Positions 1 to 11,115 of a stretch of DNA of 31,298 bases are shown here, piece after piece. The DNA is from Macrostomum lignano (taxonomy: Eukaryota), in NCBI GenBank assembly GCA_002269645.1, contig NIVC01002704.1:1-31298 (forward strand), written 5' to 3'. The translations under genes and the position numbers were made by a program. Every line of letters begins with the position of its first letter. Position 1 is the stretch's first letter. The notes under the pieces were generated by a model, which did no database searches, was not told where the DNA came from, and was given only the letters and a program-made list of their open reading frames with translations.

Positions 1-392
1 GACAGGAGGCGAGCGCCGCCCATTCCGCTAAACTCTGGTCACCCGCTTCGGGAATGGTCGACTCAAATCGGGTATAAATACAAGCGAAAAATCCGAGCTG
101 AAATCTCAGACTCGGAGCAGCCTCAAGAGACCTTGAGCTTTGCTAGAGCCGCCAAACGAGGCTACAAAGCTCCGAGGGAGAAGTAAACCAATTGGTAAGC
201 CTTTGTCGAAGTCTTTGTTATTTGATTATTGAGAGCTGAGTCATTGCCGGCCGTTAGTGTTCGGTTGATTTCTATTGAGTTATTGAGCTTGAGGCCTCCC
301 TATTCCTAAGGGATTGGATAGTATCCACGGGACCGATTCCGATACTGTTAGTCGAGTATCGATTCGATTGAGTTCGGTACCCTAGAGTAACA
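1..392 (+). mobile_element. Possible LTR, 3' part (left end outside the window)
   Basis: TATAAATA at 73-80, non-coding sequence after it, and an LTR-type GTAACA terminus at 387-392, next to Gypsy pol debris. No PBS or TSD could be checked. Confidence 0.3.
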
Positions 393-659
393 GATAAGGG
401 CACACGACTCGATTCTGTTATTTCTAGAAGAAGATGCCCTTTTGGAGGACCTCGTTATTGTTATGTCGGTAATTACTTATCACGAGGAATGCATTTACGT
501 TGACGTAAAGTGCTCTCATATTTGGCCGACTTCAGAATTCAGGAAGACAACTCCGGAGGAAAAATACTTTGAGGAGATGAGCTCGAGGAATCTGCCCGAT
601 AAGAAGAGGAGCCCGCAACAGTAAGTGATCACTGAATTCTGTTCCCAGACTTGCGGTCT

Positions 660-1029
660 GAACTTGCAAAACAAAACGATCAGGCGGTCTCCGATTTCTC
701 TCAGAGCGACAAGGCCCAGCAGCCGTCGGCCCGTCCAGCAGATTCGTCCAGGTCTGCGCGGATCAACAGGACTGGGCGGCCGGCCGCTCTCTGCTGCGTG
801 TTGGTCAGCGGCGGGAAATCCTATCGTTTGCTGCGGCCGCCTGCGCACAGACACCTCCAGTCGGTGCTGGAGCACCACTGAGCTCAGCCTCCTGTCGGTG
901 GTCTTGGAGATTCGGTAGATGACAGGTCCGAGCTTCTCTATATGGCCCCAACCACCGCCGACGGAGCGCCTTGGACCCGCCTTTTAGCACCGCCGGGTTG
1001 CTCAGCATCACCAGCTGGACGACCTGGAA
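660..1029 (-). mobile_element. Degenerate Ty3/Gypsy integrase C-terminus
   Basis: The minus strand reads FQVVQLVMLSNPAVLKGGSKALRRRWLGPYR (GPY/F motif), then after a frameshift EKLGPVIYRI, and near 660-715 RSERNRRPPDRF, a typical pol-terminal motif. It is truncated at 1030 by the minisatellite. Confidence 0.7.
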
Positions 1030-1815
1030 CTGCGTCTCCCCCTCTCCCTGCCGTCTCCCCCTCTCCCTGCCGTCTCCCCCTCTCCCTGCGTTTCCAACTC
1101 TCCCTGCATCTCCCCTCTCCCTGCGTTTCCAACTCTCCCTGCGTCTCCCCTCTCCCTGCGTTTCCAACTCTCCCTGCATCTCCCCTCTCCCTGCGTTTCC
1201 AACTCTCCCTGCGTCTCCCCCTCTCCCTGCGTTTCCAACTCTCCCTGCATCTCCTCTCTCCCTGCGTTTCCAACTCTCCCTGCGTCTCCCCCTCTCCCTG
1301 CGTTTCCAACTCTCCCTGCATCTCCCCTCTCCCTTCGTTTCCAACTCTCCCTGCGTCTCCCCCTCTCCCTGCGTTTCCAACTCTCCCTGCATCTCCCCCT
1401 CTCCCTGCGTTTCCAACTCTCCCTGCGTCTCCCCCTCTCCCTGCGTTTCCAACTCTCCCTGCGTCTCCACCTCTCCCTGCGTTTCCAACTCTCCCTGCAT
1501 CTCCCCTCTCCCTGCGTTTCCAACTCTCCCTGCGTTTCCAACTCTCCCCTACGTCTCCCCTCTCCCTGCGTTCCCCTTCTCTGCGTCTCCTCCTCTCCCT
1601 GCATCTCCTCCTCTCCCTGCGTCTCCCCCTCTCCCTGCATCTCCCCCTCTCCCTGCGTTTCCCCCTCTCCCTGCGTCTCCCCTCTCCCTGCGTTTCCAAC
1701 TCTCCCTGCATCTCCCCTCTCCCTGCAACTCCCCCTCTCCCTGCGTCTCCCCTTCTCTGCGTCTCCTCCTCTCCCTGCATCTCCCCCTCTCCCTGCAACT
1801 CCCCCTCTCCCTGCG
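1030..1815. repeat. 18-bp C-rich minisatellite
   Basis: About 43 tandem units of CTCCCCCTCTCCCTGCGT alternating with the variant TTCCAACTCTCCCTGC(G/A)T. Confidence 0.95.
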
Positions 1816-2039
1816 CTGCCTGTGCTCGATACTGTAAAAAGACTTAGTGTTGAGTAAGACTTCGGCGCCGACTTGGGCATTGATTGCAATGTACGTTCGT
1901 ATGTATTTAAGACCCAACCTAAGGGTTCGATGCGAGAGAAACGTACGTCCAATTGCAAGTACACCGACGTTACACTTAAATCAACTCAATACTCTTATCC
2001 TCAATATTGCCGCTATCGAGACCTAGACCTAGACTCCTA

Positions 2040-2259
2040 GCAGGGAGAGGTGGAGATGCAGGGAGAGGTGGAGATGCAGGGAGAGGTGGAGATGCAGGGA
2101 GAGGTGGAGATGCAGGGAGAGGTGGAGATGCAGGGAGAGGTGGAGATACAGGGAGAGGTGGAGATGCAGGGAGAGGTGGAGATGCAGGGAGAGGTGGAGA
2201 TGCAGGGAGAGGAGGAGATGCAGGGAGAGGGGGAGATGTAGGGATAGGGGGAGGCGCAG
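2040..2259. repeat. Same 18-bp minisatellite in inverted orientation
   Basis: About 12 units of GCAGGGAGAGGTGGAGAT, the reverse complement of the 1030-1815 unit family. Confidence 0.9.
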
Positions 2260-3323
2260 GTAGATCCGAGCAGGCCACACCGTCCACAGTATGATACAGC
2301 GCAGCACGCAGCTTTATTTAATATGCATAGACGCTGCCTATGACCGTGTGACAGGGATTCGCTGAAGTCTTGGCTCATTGTTGCGACTGCGCAATTGAGA
2401 AATTTGAAATTTGGAATTTGTTAATTCCGTGATGCCTCGCATTCTGAGTACTGCATAGGTTTGTACATGATGTGCATATTTTTCCCTCAAGCATAAAATA
2501 CATAAAATTCAATGCTCAAACATATATTACATGTAAATGCATTTTGTTGATTACAGGAGCCCTGCTTCTTATCTGCTCATTAGAGATGGGTTTTGGTGAC
2601 TTTTTTGCTTTAACATTTTCTAACTCCCAGTTTAGAGTATCTGACACCCAGTTTTGAGCATCTGACATACCATATTTTTATCTGGTACTTTTACGATCTC
2701 CTATCCTCATTATTGCCGCTGATCGAGTTCCCCTTAGTTATAAAAGCAGAAGCATCAAAGTACCGGGTAGGTTTAACAAGTTCAAAAATGTCAAACTAGT
2801 TAAAAATAAATTAGCTGGTTTACAGGCTTGTTAGAGGGCATTAACGAACGAGGACTGACAGAGTTGAGTTGGCAGAAAACAGGCGCAACACCTTGAAATG
2901 ATCTGTCATGCATATTGGTGGGTGGAAGCCAACGACTTACATGTATGGGATGGCAAAGGACCGACGCCCAACCCCGACGGGCGTAGCAACGGAGGGCTGG
3001 ATGTGTGAAGCGGCCCGCACAACAGGACAGTAAAAGAACGCAGAAATGAGCTCCCCCAGATGCTCCAACTCAACCTGAGTAAAACCGTTAAGTCAAACCG
3101 CACAACCCTTGCTCCTGTAGCAGCGGGCATGTCCAGTGCTGATTTAATTGCATGCGCTGTTTGTGTAAACCCTTCCGTCGTTAAGTATGCGGTATCCCCA
3201 CCTCATCGGCGGCAGGGGGTGAAATTGCGGAAAATCTATAACATACATCGAAACTCAGCCCCGAGCAAGCTATAGGTCGGACTCAAGCCAGCCCTGCTCA
3301 AGTCATCGGCACTCAAGTGGAAA

Positions 3324-3809
3324 ACTGCAGCCCTACTATCGGTCAGAGTGACCATGACAATATCTACAGGCTATGACATGCGCAGCAGATGCTCAGGCCT
3401 CTATAAGTTAGATGGATGAGCAGGAATCTACCCTCACAGTCCCCAGCTCAAGCCGCAAGCAAGCACAGAGACCCTAGCGAGTCACCGCCCCCCCGATTGA
3501 AGTAAACCAGCTCGTCAGGACCATGGAGGCGACATCAGCCGGACAGCAGTCGGACACCCTGTCGCGGCAGCTCCGCGAGAAGGCGCTGATCTCCTTCGCC
3601 CAGCAGACCACGGCTCACGGTATAGTGCGACTCACACAGGGCTCCAGCCTCCGCCGCCTCATCTGGGCTCTGGCCATCATGGGAGCCTGCACCGGGATCT
3701 CTCTGCATCTGGCTGAGCTGGCGCAGAGGTACCTGAGCTACCCGGTGAGCACCGAGTTCTCCAACGAGGGCGCCGACTTCCAGTTCCCGACCGTGACCAT
3801 CTGCCCGAC
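3324..3809 (+). repeat. Near-identical duplicate of 12894-13378 (upstream region plus exon 1 of the DEG/ENaC genes)
   Basis: Base-by-base comparison by eye: 5 substitutions and 1 indel over about 486 bp. Confidence 0.92.
3402..3407 (+). promoter_or_regulatory. Candidate TATA box (TATAAG), also at 12972-12977
   Basis: About 120 bp upstream of the ATG in both DEG/ENaC copies. Position is the only support. Confidence 0.3.
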
Positions 3810-4511
3810 CAACTTGTTCTCATATTTCGGTCCGCAAATGCCGCCTACCGTTTCTGATGGTGAGAATTGCGCCAATATTGAGCAGCAACAGCAACAAAAT
3901 AAGATGCCACTGTGGATACCGGTATTGAGTTATCTTAATTAGGCTTTATGAAACAGGAGAAGGTCTCTGACGTACGGCCAAATTCAACAGACTTTTTCTG
4001 ACGATGGAAGCACCAGGTGGTTGCTCACGGTCTGGTTGTATTCGTGGTACTGAATAAAATCGTAGCGATGTTAACTTACAATTGAGAGTGAAATATAAGG
4101 GCGGCGCTCCAAGTGAGGTGCTTTCGACTATTGGGTGTTCGCTTTTGGGTTTGGGCTTGATCAAACTGATAGTTCGATCTGGTATTTAGCGGTAGAGGGG
4201 AGGGTTGTCATTTGTTAGGATTCACTGAAGCCGATATATTTGATCCGAGTAGTTTGGTTATAAATATCCATTTATATAATATAAATGGCCCTCTAACTCT
4301 GTAGGCCGCGATAGGCGGCTTCGTAACATGATTTTCGGCAACACGCGCGTTTTCAAACTGCTTGACACGGAAGAATGGATCAATGTCTCGATGCCACAGT
4401 ACCCGTACAACTACTATCAGGACGGAATGCTTTCGCTTCACAGGATGGCTTATCGCGACATCAACACTTTCCAGCAGCCTTACGAGACCGTTCTCTACTG
4501 CCGGTACAACT

Positions 4512-4610
4512 CGGAGTACAACTGCGTCGGCTGTTCAGTCGATTGACGGGGAGGGGGTCCGCCCTCAAGCACCCTCAATTACCCCAGATAATGCTGGCAC
4601 CCATTCTACA
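4512..4610 (-). mobile_element. SINE fragment (same family as 27363-27672), left half of split copy
   Basis: CGGCTGTTCAGTC...CACCCTCAATTACCCCAGATAATGCTGGCACCCATTCTACA matches the reverse complement of about 27490-27580. Confidence 0.8.
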
Positions 4611-5621
4611 GGGTCCACCCCAACTGCCAGCCGGAAAACTGCCAGCCGACAACTGCCAGCCGGAAAACTGCCAGCCGACAATTGCCAGCCGACAACTGCC
4701 AGCCGACAACTGCCAGTCAACAACTGCCAGCCGACAACTGCCAGCCGACAATTGCCAGCCGAGAAAACTGCCAGCTGGAAAACTGCCAGCCGACAACTGC
4801 CAGTTGACAATTGCCAGTCGACAATTGCCAGCCGAGAAGACTGCCAGCTGGAAAACTGCCAGCCGACAACTGCCAGCCGACAAGTTCTAGCTAATTGAAT
4901 CTACTGTAGCCTACTTATTAGCTAAGTAAAAAGCACGAAACTGTTTGGCTAGCAAAAGGCTTGTGGGGTAGCCTTAAATGTCGCCCTTCACTTCCCTAAA
5001 TTTTTCAGATTTCCATTAGAAGTATATATGCGAAGGAGAAGGCATTCAAATTTCGTATTTTAGGTAGCCTTTGCTCTTTCTTTGAAAGCTTTATTTAAGT
5101 AAAGTAATTTAATAGACTTATCTAGGATTGCGTCATATAGCAATCGCAATCGCAAATTAAATAATAAAGTAAATAAACTTTCAATACAGAAATATTTACA
5201 ATAGGCATTACAGAATGCCTTCTCCTTCACATATATACTTCTAATGGAAATCTGAAAAATTTAGGGTAGGGAAGGGCGACATTTAAGGCTACCCCACAAG
5301 CCTTTTGCTAGTCAAACAGTTTCGTGCTTTTTACTTAGCTAATAAGTAGGCTACAGTAGATTCAATTAGCTAGAACTTGTCGGCTGGCAGTTGTCGGCTG
5401 GCAGATTTCTCGGCTGGCAGTTGACGGCTGGCAGTTTTCCGGCTGGCAGTTTTCTCGGCTGGCAATTGTCGACTGGCAATTGTCGACTGGCAGTTGTCGG
5501 CTGGCAGTTTTCCAGCTGGCAGTCTTCTCGGCTGGCAATTGTCGGCTGGCAGTTGTCGACTGGCAGTTGTCGGCTGGCAGTTGTCGGCTGGCAATTGTCG
5601 GCTGGCAGTTGGGGTGCTCCC
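4611..5621. mobile_element. Non-autonomous Foldback/Mutator-like palindromic element
   Basis: Inverted arms 4612-5047 and 5213-5620. The outer arms are arrays of a ~12-bp unit (AACTGCCAGCCG family); the inner arms are ~165 bp of unique, near-perfect inverted repeat; the spacer is AT-rich. TSD CATTCTACA at 4602-4610 and 5622-5630 (9 bp, or 11 bp depending on where the ends are placed). Confidence 0.85.
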
Positions 5622-5678
5622 CATTCTACAGTTGGGTGAACTGAAGCAATGCAGAGTTAGGTGTCTTCCTCGATGACA
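5622..5678 (-). mobile_element. SINE fragment, right half of split copy (CORE domain)
   Basis: CATTCTACAGTTGGGTGAACTGAAGCAATGCAGAGTTAGGTGTCTT continues the SINE seamlessly once 4611-5621 and one TSD copy are removed. Confidence 0.8.
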
Positions 5679-8271
5679 GAAAAATCAAATGGATTCAGAC
5701 GGTAGTTACAATAAAATACTGGCGATAATTTGAGTCAGTTGCTTCGAAAATACAGACTATCACCAAAATGTTCTTAAAAAATTGTAAACTACTGAAATCT
5801 ATTTGTACCTACTTAGCCCGCATACGAAACTACCCACCTCACAGCTTCGCGTGCATATAGTTCACACCGTCGAACCGGACACTCGTCAGAGCTGTACCTG
5901 GTGCTCTATCAAGGCGCGAGGTATTTTTCAACTGAGGAGCAGCAAATCGACACCATGCCGGGCTTTTGGGTGGCCCTGCACGAGAGAGGTGAGCTTGGCT
6001 ACTTAGCCGAAGAGAATCGGCAAAACAGTTTTTAAGAGAGCAGAACAGCTCTTACGGATACGCGTCTGACTCGTCAGCAGAAAGAGCACGAATCTTTAGA
6101 ACCAAAGAAACCGTTTCAGGTTTCAGGCCGGACATAAAACTGGGCTTCAAAGCTTAATTTGGTCAGAAGACCTCGGCCCAGATATTCGCAGAGACGGTCA
6201 CCAAGGTCAACCGCGAGGACGCGCCATGCAGCGATGATCTGCCGAACGTCACCTACACAAAGAACTTCTCGTACCCTGGCAACTTTGAAGAGCAGAGCTT
6301 TTTTGGTACCTACCAAGACTGCGTGGTGAGAATTAAACAGGAAGAGCTCAGAACTACGTGCGGATGTCTTGGCACCCACCTGCCACTGCCAAGTGAACTC
6401 ACAAACAGCACGGATGTGTGCCATCAGATGCCGGATGAGGTGCGTTTGCATTTTGGTTTGAAGTTGCGACCTTGCAACTCGTTTGCACCTTCATCTTTTT
6501 GGGTCTTTTGTTATCCCAAAACAGCTAGTGCAGAACCATAGTGATTCTGCCTTTCTGAAACTGTGATTTCAGATTTACCACTTCGACATTTCCTCCCGAA
6601 TGAACGCGTTCAACCTAAGGGAGTACATTATACGAACCAGAACGAGTGGATATTTTTTTTTATGGATTTTCTTCTGAATACTTGGAATACTTCGAATTTC
6701 GATCTTATCAAAAGCTAAGTGCTACCGCAAGGTGTTGCACCATCAGAAGACTCAAGGAGTGTTGGACAGAGGGTGCACAGTCCGCAGCACTAACACTCGC
6801 TACAGAGCCTTCGCCACAACGTCCACTTGGCCGAAAGATTTTCGCTGGCGTCGAAAATTATTAGCGGCTACGCGAACGGCATATTGGATCGGATCAACTC
6901 TACTGGATTGCGGAGGATCCGGCTGGACTATTTGATCGACAATCTAAATCATACCCTGAGTGATTCGCCCTTTATCAGCGTGTTGGACCTGTACCCAATG
7001 TCAAACAAGACCAGCGTCTTCACTGAGTCGTTTTCCTACCTGCTACGGAATCTGTTCTCCGATCTGGGCGGCATTCTGGGTGAGTGCATGGATTTACTGG
7101 CTAAAAATGCACTTTTTTTCTGAAACCCCTGAGCTCTCCGACACTCTCCAGACATTCTGCATATGTCATATGAGCAAATGGTTAATTTAATGGTAAATGG
7201 TAAATGCAATGACGTCACCATGCACTGAAAAATCACGTCTATACCTCTGTGTCGCTTTCACAGGCCTGTGGGTTGGAGTATCGATCGTCACTATTCTTGA
7301 GATGCTGGAGCTCTTCATCCAACTAGTCCAACTGATCTTACTGAGAATCTTTGCAAACTCTAACAAATCAACACCTGGCCCTAGTGGGAGCAAAGAGAAA
7401 CCCGAGCACGGAGCTGTCAGGAACATCTATACGCTACTGAGGTCTTCAGCTACGGTGACAATTCGGTTTCCAAGGCGTCGGAGCTCGCGCTGCACTTCGA
7501 GCCGCCACCCGACACGAAGTCGAAAACTGCTCAAGTCGACGATTGCAAGGAAATGGTGAAGCAACCGAGCCTCGTTAATGCAGAAGATCTTCTCGATTTG
7601 ATTATGAGTAGCCATAAGTCACTTATATTAGTTGGGACTGATCAGCTGGTTTGGCTGGAGTACTCATGAGCACTTGAATAATTTATCAGTTTTGTCTATT
7701 TAGCTATGCTCGAAAAAAAATTTCGAGACGTATACTTGTAGAATTGTGACGGTAGTACGTATAAATCTTGTAAGCTTTATTGAAGGACTATTATTCAAAT
7801 ATGAATTATGAATTATTATATCCTTTTGCTGTCAATCTCGAAGTCATAGCCGATGATAAGGGACACTGCTGGGACTAGATCGCATTGGTCATGCAGGTAC
7901 AGAGGGGAATTGTGCAGGGGATTCTTGCAGTGGCGAGACTATGGGGTAGCTACATGTACTATTACATTGCTAAATACGAGGAATTATACTTTTGGCCTTC
8001 AACGCGCCAACTAGCCTCTCCTAGCGCTGATGATAGACTAACTCGAACATCGGAGGCCGCATGATTCATCACCCGAGCCGCTTGGCAAACCTAGAGTGCA
8101 CAGAGTACATCTCTGGAGCCGATTCTGCACTATTGGCAGTTTTGCTCACTGACTTGATAGATTGATCGACTGAGAACTGCCTTGCCATTGGTCCACTGTG
8201 ACCGGCGCCTACTAGCTTAGCTACTCATCTGAGCCATCGCCAAACAAAGAAATAAAACCGATAAAAATAAC

Positions 8272-8972
8272 TGTCATATTTAACCTTCTCCTTAGATCAC
8301 TTCACACTTCAGATTGAATTGGAGTCTCAGACTACTAGCAGTATTATTGAATGATTTCTGCCTAAATAACAGCACTGTTGAACAAAATGAGCAAAAGTGT
8401 GCGCCTAATCCAGCTACTGAAATAGGGGACAGATAAGGGATCACCCAATCAAGCAAGTCTAGGTAGCCTCTCACCCAACCAATCAGAAACTCAACAGCCG
8501 GAGACCAGGTAATCCACAGTGAGCGAATCGGCTTGATGATTCGCAGCTGTAGACTCGGGATGATGCTGTCACAGTCTTCGCAGATAGCTAGCAGGTGATG
8601 ATCTTAACTTTGATGTTCGCTGCTGATGACCGGGGGACTCGTCCTTGATGATGATGGGGGGGGGAGTCGCAATCCGGGGATCAAGAAACGACGGTCAATT
8701 CCTGGCCGGTGGAGTCAAGGGTGGCACCCGGTCGCAAGAAGGTTTGCAGGGGTAGCACCCGGAAAGGATGCCGTCCGAGCGGGCCAAAAACACCGGTTTA
8801 AATAGCCGCCAACTGGACCGCAGTTTGTTATAATGGAACACGTCGATTCTGATTGGCTGAGCCGATTTGTTAAAATGAGCGTTGAATTTTCTGATTGGCT
8901 GAGCTTGTTGCTACCCAGAATCACGTGACCGGGAGATCCTATCAGTTCCCTCGGGGTCGTAAAAAGATGACA
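8272..8972 (-). mobile_element. LTR-like segment carrying a minus-strand promoter
   Basis: TGTCAT...ATGACA termini. On the minus strand, two CAGCCAATCAG boxes (~8850, ~8893) precede TATTTAAA (~8820). No TSD found. Confidence 0.4.
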
Positions 8973-9959
8973 GGTGCGGCCATAAATCAATCAAAATCGC
9001 AACAAAATGATTTATGACTTTTCGCGTAGAATTAACAAAAATTAATGAGAAAATATACATTAGAAAGCTCTTATTAAATAGAAAGTGAAGATAATGAAGA
9101 GAAACCGCTAATCGCTAATCCCAAAGTACTTTTAGGGGTAAAACGCATAGCTGTCAAAACTGTCACAGGCTTGAGTGAACACGAACAATATGCCCTGACC
9201 TCATAAATCTTGATGGCCTGTCAAAATGATGAGAAAAAAGCTATCATTTGCATCCCCTCAGACCATCTGGCGCCCGCCTCAACACTGAGTGAGTCGCAGG
9301 TGGCTGTCAGACCAGCTTCGAAAGCGATGATTTATGACCCAAAAAGCTGCGCCTATGTTATTATGACTACTAGTATGACCAAACATTATATCTAGTATAG
9401 ATTCTATGACAATTCGCAGAAAAAGGATAAAAATGCCCATTGCCCACTGTTAGTAGGCCAGTAAGTTTAGAGCCCATGTGCTAGCGTGGAATTTGGGAAA
9501 AAGTGCGTCCTCATCAACTGGATGATATTATATACGTTAACACGTATTTTTCTCAGGGCTGCAAATTAGGCAGAAAGACGACGTGAACAAAGCAGTCAGC
9601 AAACGGCTGAGGCACAGGACGCAATGAAAAACAACCATGAGAGTGTTATGTCCCACAAACTAGCTTTCGCAAAGCACTTAAGCTGATCTGCGCTGCAGCT
9701 TAATGGGTGGTACAAGGATATTTACACATGTACAACTCTTGCTAGGTTTATAATTCCTTGGGTGGTAACTGCACACTGCTACTTTCTACAGACTTTAGAC
9801 TTTAGCTTGAGAGGAGAGAGAAGAGCGAGATGAGAGGGCAGAAAGGAGAGAGAAGAGAGGAGACAGCTCTAGAAGAGTCCAATTCTGTTCGAAAGCATAG
9901 TTTAAAGCTCGTAAGCATATTATTTGTTCATAATACTCTTAGGGTTAGGGTAAGGGTTA

Positions 9960-10330
9960 CAGAGTCCTGAAGATGTACATAACGGGATGCCCATCCTGAG
10001 TCAGGACACCAGCCAGGGCGCCCTTCGACGCATCGGTTGTGAGGATGGCGTCCTTTTCTAAGCTGTACGGTTGCACGACCGTTCGGGATGATGTTTCTCT
10101 TTTAAGTTCTTTAAAGTCCCAGAAACAGGCGTCTCGATCCGAACCACATAAACGGCGTGCCCGCCTTTCTGAAGCAATTCGATGGAGCAACCTTCGCTGA
10201 GAGGCGTTCAAATAAGTTCACCAATACAATATTGACGTATTTACGAGCTATGATCGACAGCTCCTGGGCAGAATCATCCAGTGCGATTTGCCTGTGCGCG
10301 CAACGGAGGGTCAACTTTTTGAAACTTTTT
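9960..10330 (-). mobile_element. Degenerate Ty3/Gypsy pol: RT connection plus RNase H
   Basis: Minus-strand frames give LSAKVAP...KAGTPFMW and VVQPYSLEKDAILTTDASKGALAGVLTQDGHPVMY (TDAS RNase H motif), broken by frameshifts. Confidence 0.82.
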
Positions 10331-10431
10331 TGCGTTCTTCAGCTTTGCAGATAGGGCTCGATCGATGGTATTGGGTTCGACTCCGACTGGATTTTTCCAT
10401 TGAGCAAACAGCTAACGAACATTTTGGTCAG

Positions 10432-10527
10432 AAATTCACTTCCTGGTCAAAGGAACATCAGATGTTTGCTCCACAGAGCTTACACTGTCTGCAACACCTG
10501 GATCAACTTTGACCAGGAAGTGAATTT
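10432..10527. repeat. Perfect 21-bp inverted repeat with 54-bp spacer
   Basis: AAATTCACTTCCTGGTCAAAG at 10432-10452 and its reverse complement at 10507-10527. Confidence 0.8.
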
Positions 10528-10539
10528 TCAACAAAAGGA

Positions 10540-10720
10540 TTATCCGTTGGTAATCCAAATCCTCACCTCTTAGAATGCAGCAGTTGCTTCAATTGTAAAC
10601 CTGAGGAATGCTTCAAAGTCATTGACAATTGCTCATTTGACTCTAAACTACAGATTCGAGAAGCGCTGTATATTAAATCTCAATCCCCCAGCCCTTAACA
10701 CTCAACTTCAACATAGTGTT
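10540..10720 (+). mobile_element. Penelope-like element, GIY-YIG endonuclease C-terminal relic
   Basis: Translates as HLLECSSC...FKVIDNCSFDSKLQIREALYIKSQSP and, after a frameshift, SLNTQ. This matches the F.(V/I)(I/L)D...L.I.EAL.I....P.LN.Q end motif of Penelope ORFs. Confidence 0.65.
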
Positions 10721-11115
10721 AAATATATGGAGCCCAAGCAGCTCCGTCCCTAGACCTTGTCTATCGACTACGGACAAAAATTATGTACATATCTTATTGA
10801 TTCGATTTTACACAAATATCATATTTATTCACTCGCAACCTATACTCGTACGTTAGTTCAAATAAACCTGAAGATGCACATTGTTAGTGCGAAATTCTCT
10901 CAATAACTCCCAGTAGCTCGAGTCTGTCCAACTCAGCGTTGATCTGGCTCTCCTGCAGTGCAATGGGCACAGGACGGGCTCGGCCTACTTGGGGCCCCTT
11001 GATTGGTGGCAGGGGTTCGACCGTAGGAGCCACGGATGTCTTAAAAATCGAATCAGGAATCCAGCAGGTCGTGTCCCATGAGCTCAGTCGGGTGGCGATG
11101 GTCTCGCATCTCGAC

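Larger units (their letters stand above)
3523..7601 (+). pseudogene. DEG/ENaC (amiloride-sensitive Na+ channel family) pseudogene
   Basis: Exons homologous to the 13092-17002 gene: 3523-3859, 4305-~4515, 5845-5988, 6120-6439, 6573-7079, 7264-~7601. Family motifs TTAHG, FPTVTIC, CGC and SDLGGILG|LWVGVS are present. Lesions: exon 2 3' end and donor replaced by SINE sequence, TAG at 5858-5860, ~17-nt deletion near 5890, TAA at 6155-6157, and several frameshifts in exons 5 and 6. Confidence 0.87.

Noticed and set aside
805-2378. Many long ORFs (up to 318 aa) on both strands
   Set aside because: Produced by a stop-free 18-bp (multiple of 3) minisatellite; the peptides are pure repeats.
4362-5676. 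ORFs with TASRQLPADNCQP repeats
   Set aside because: Translations of the 12-bp arrays of the foldback arms.
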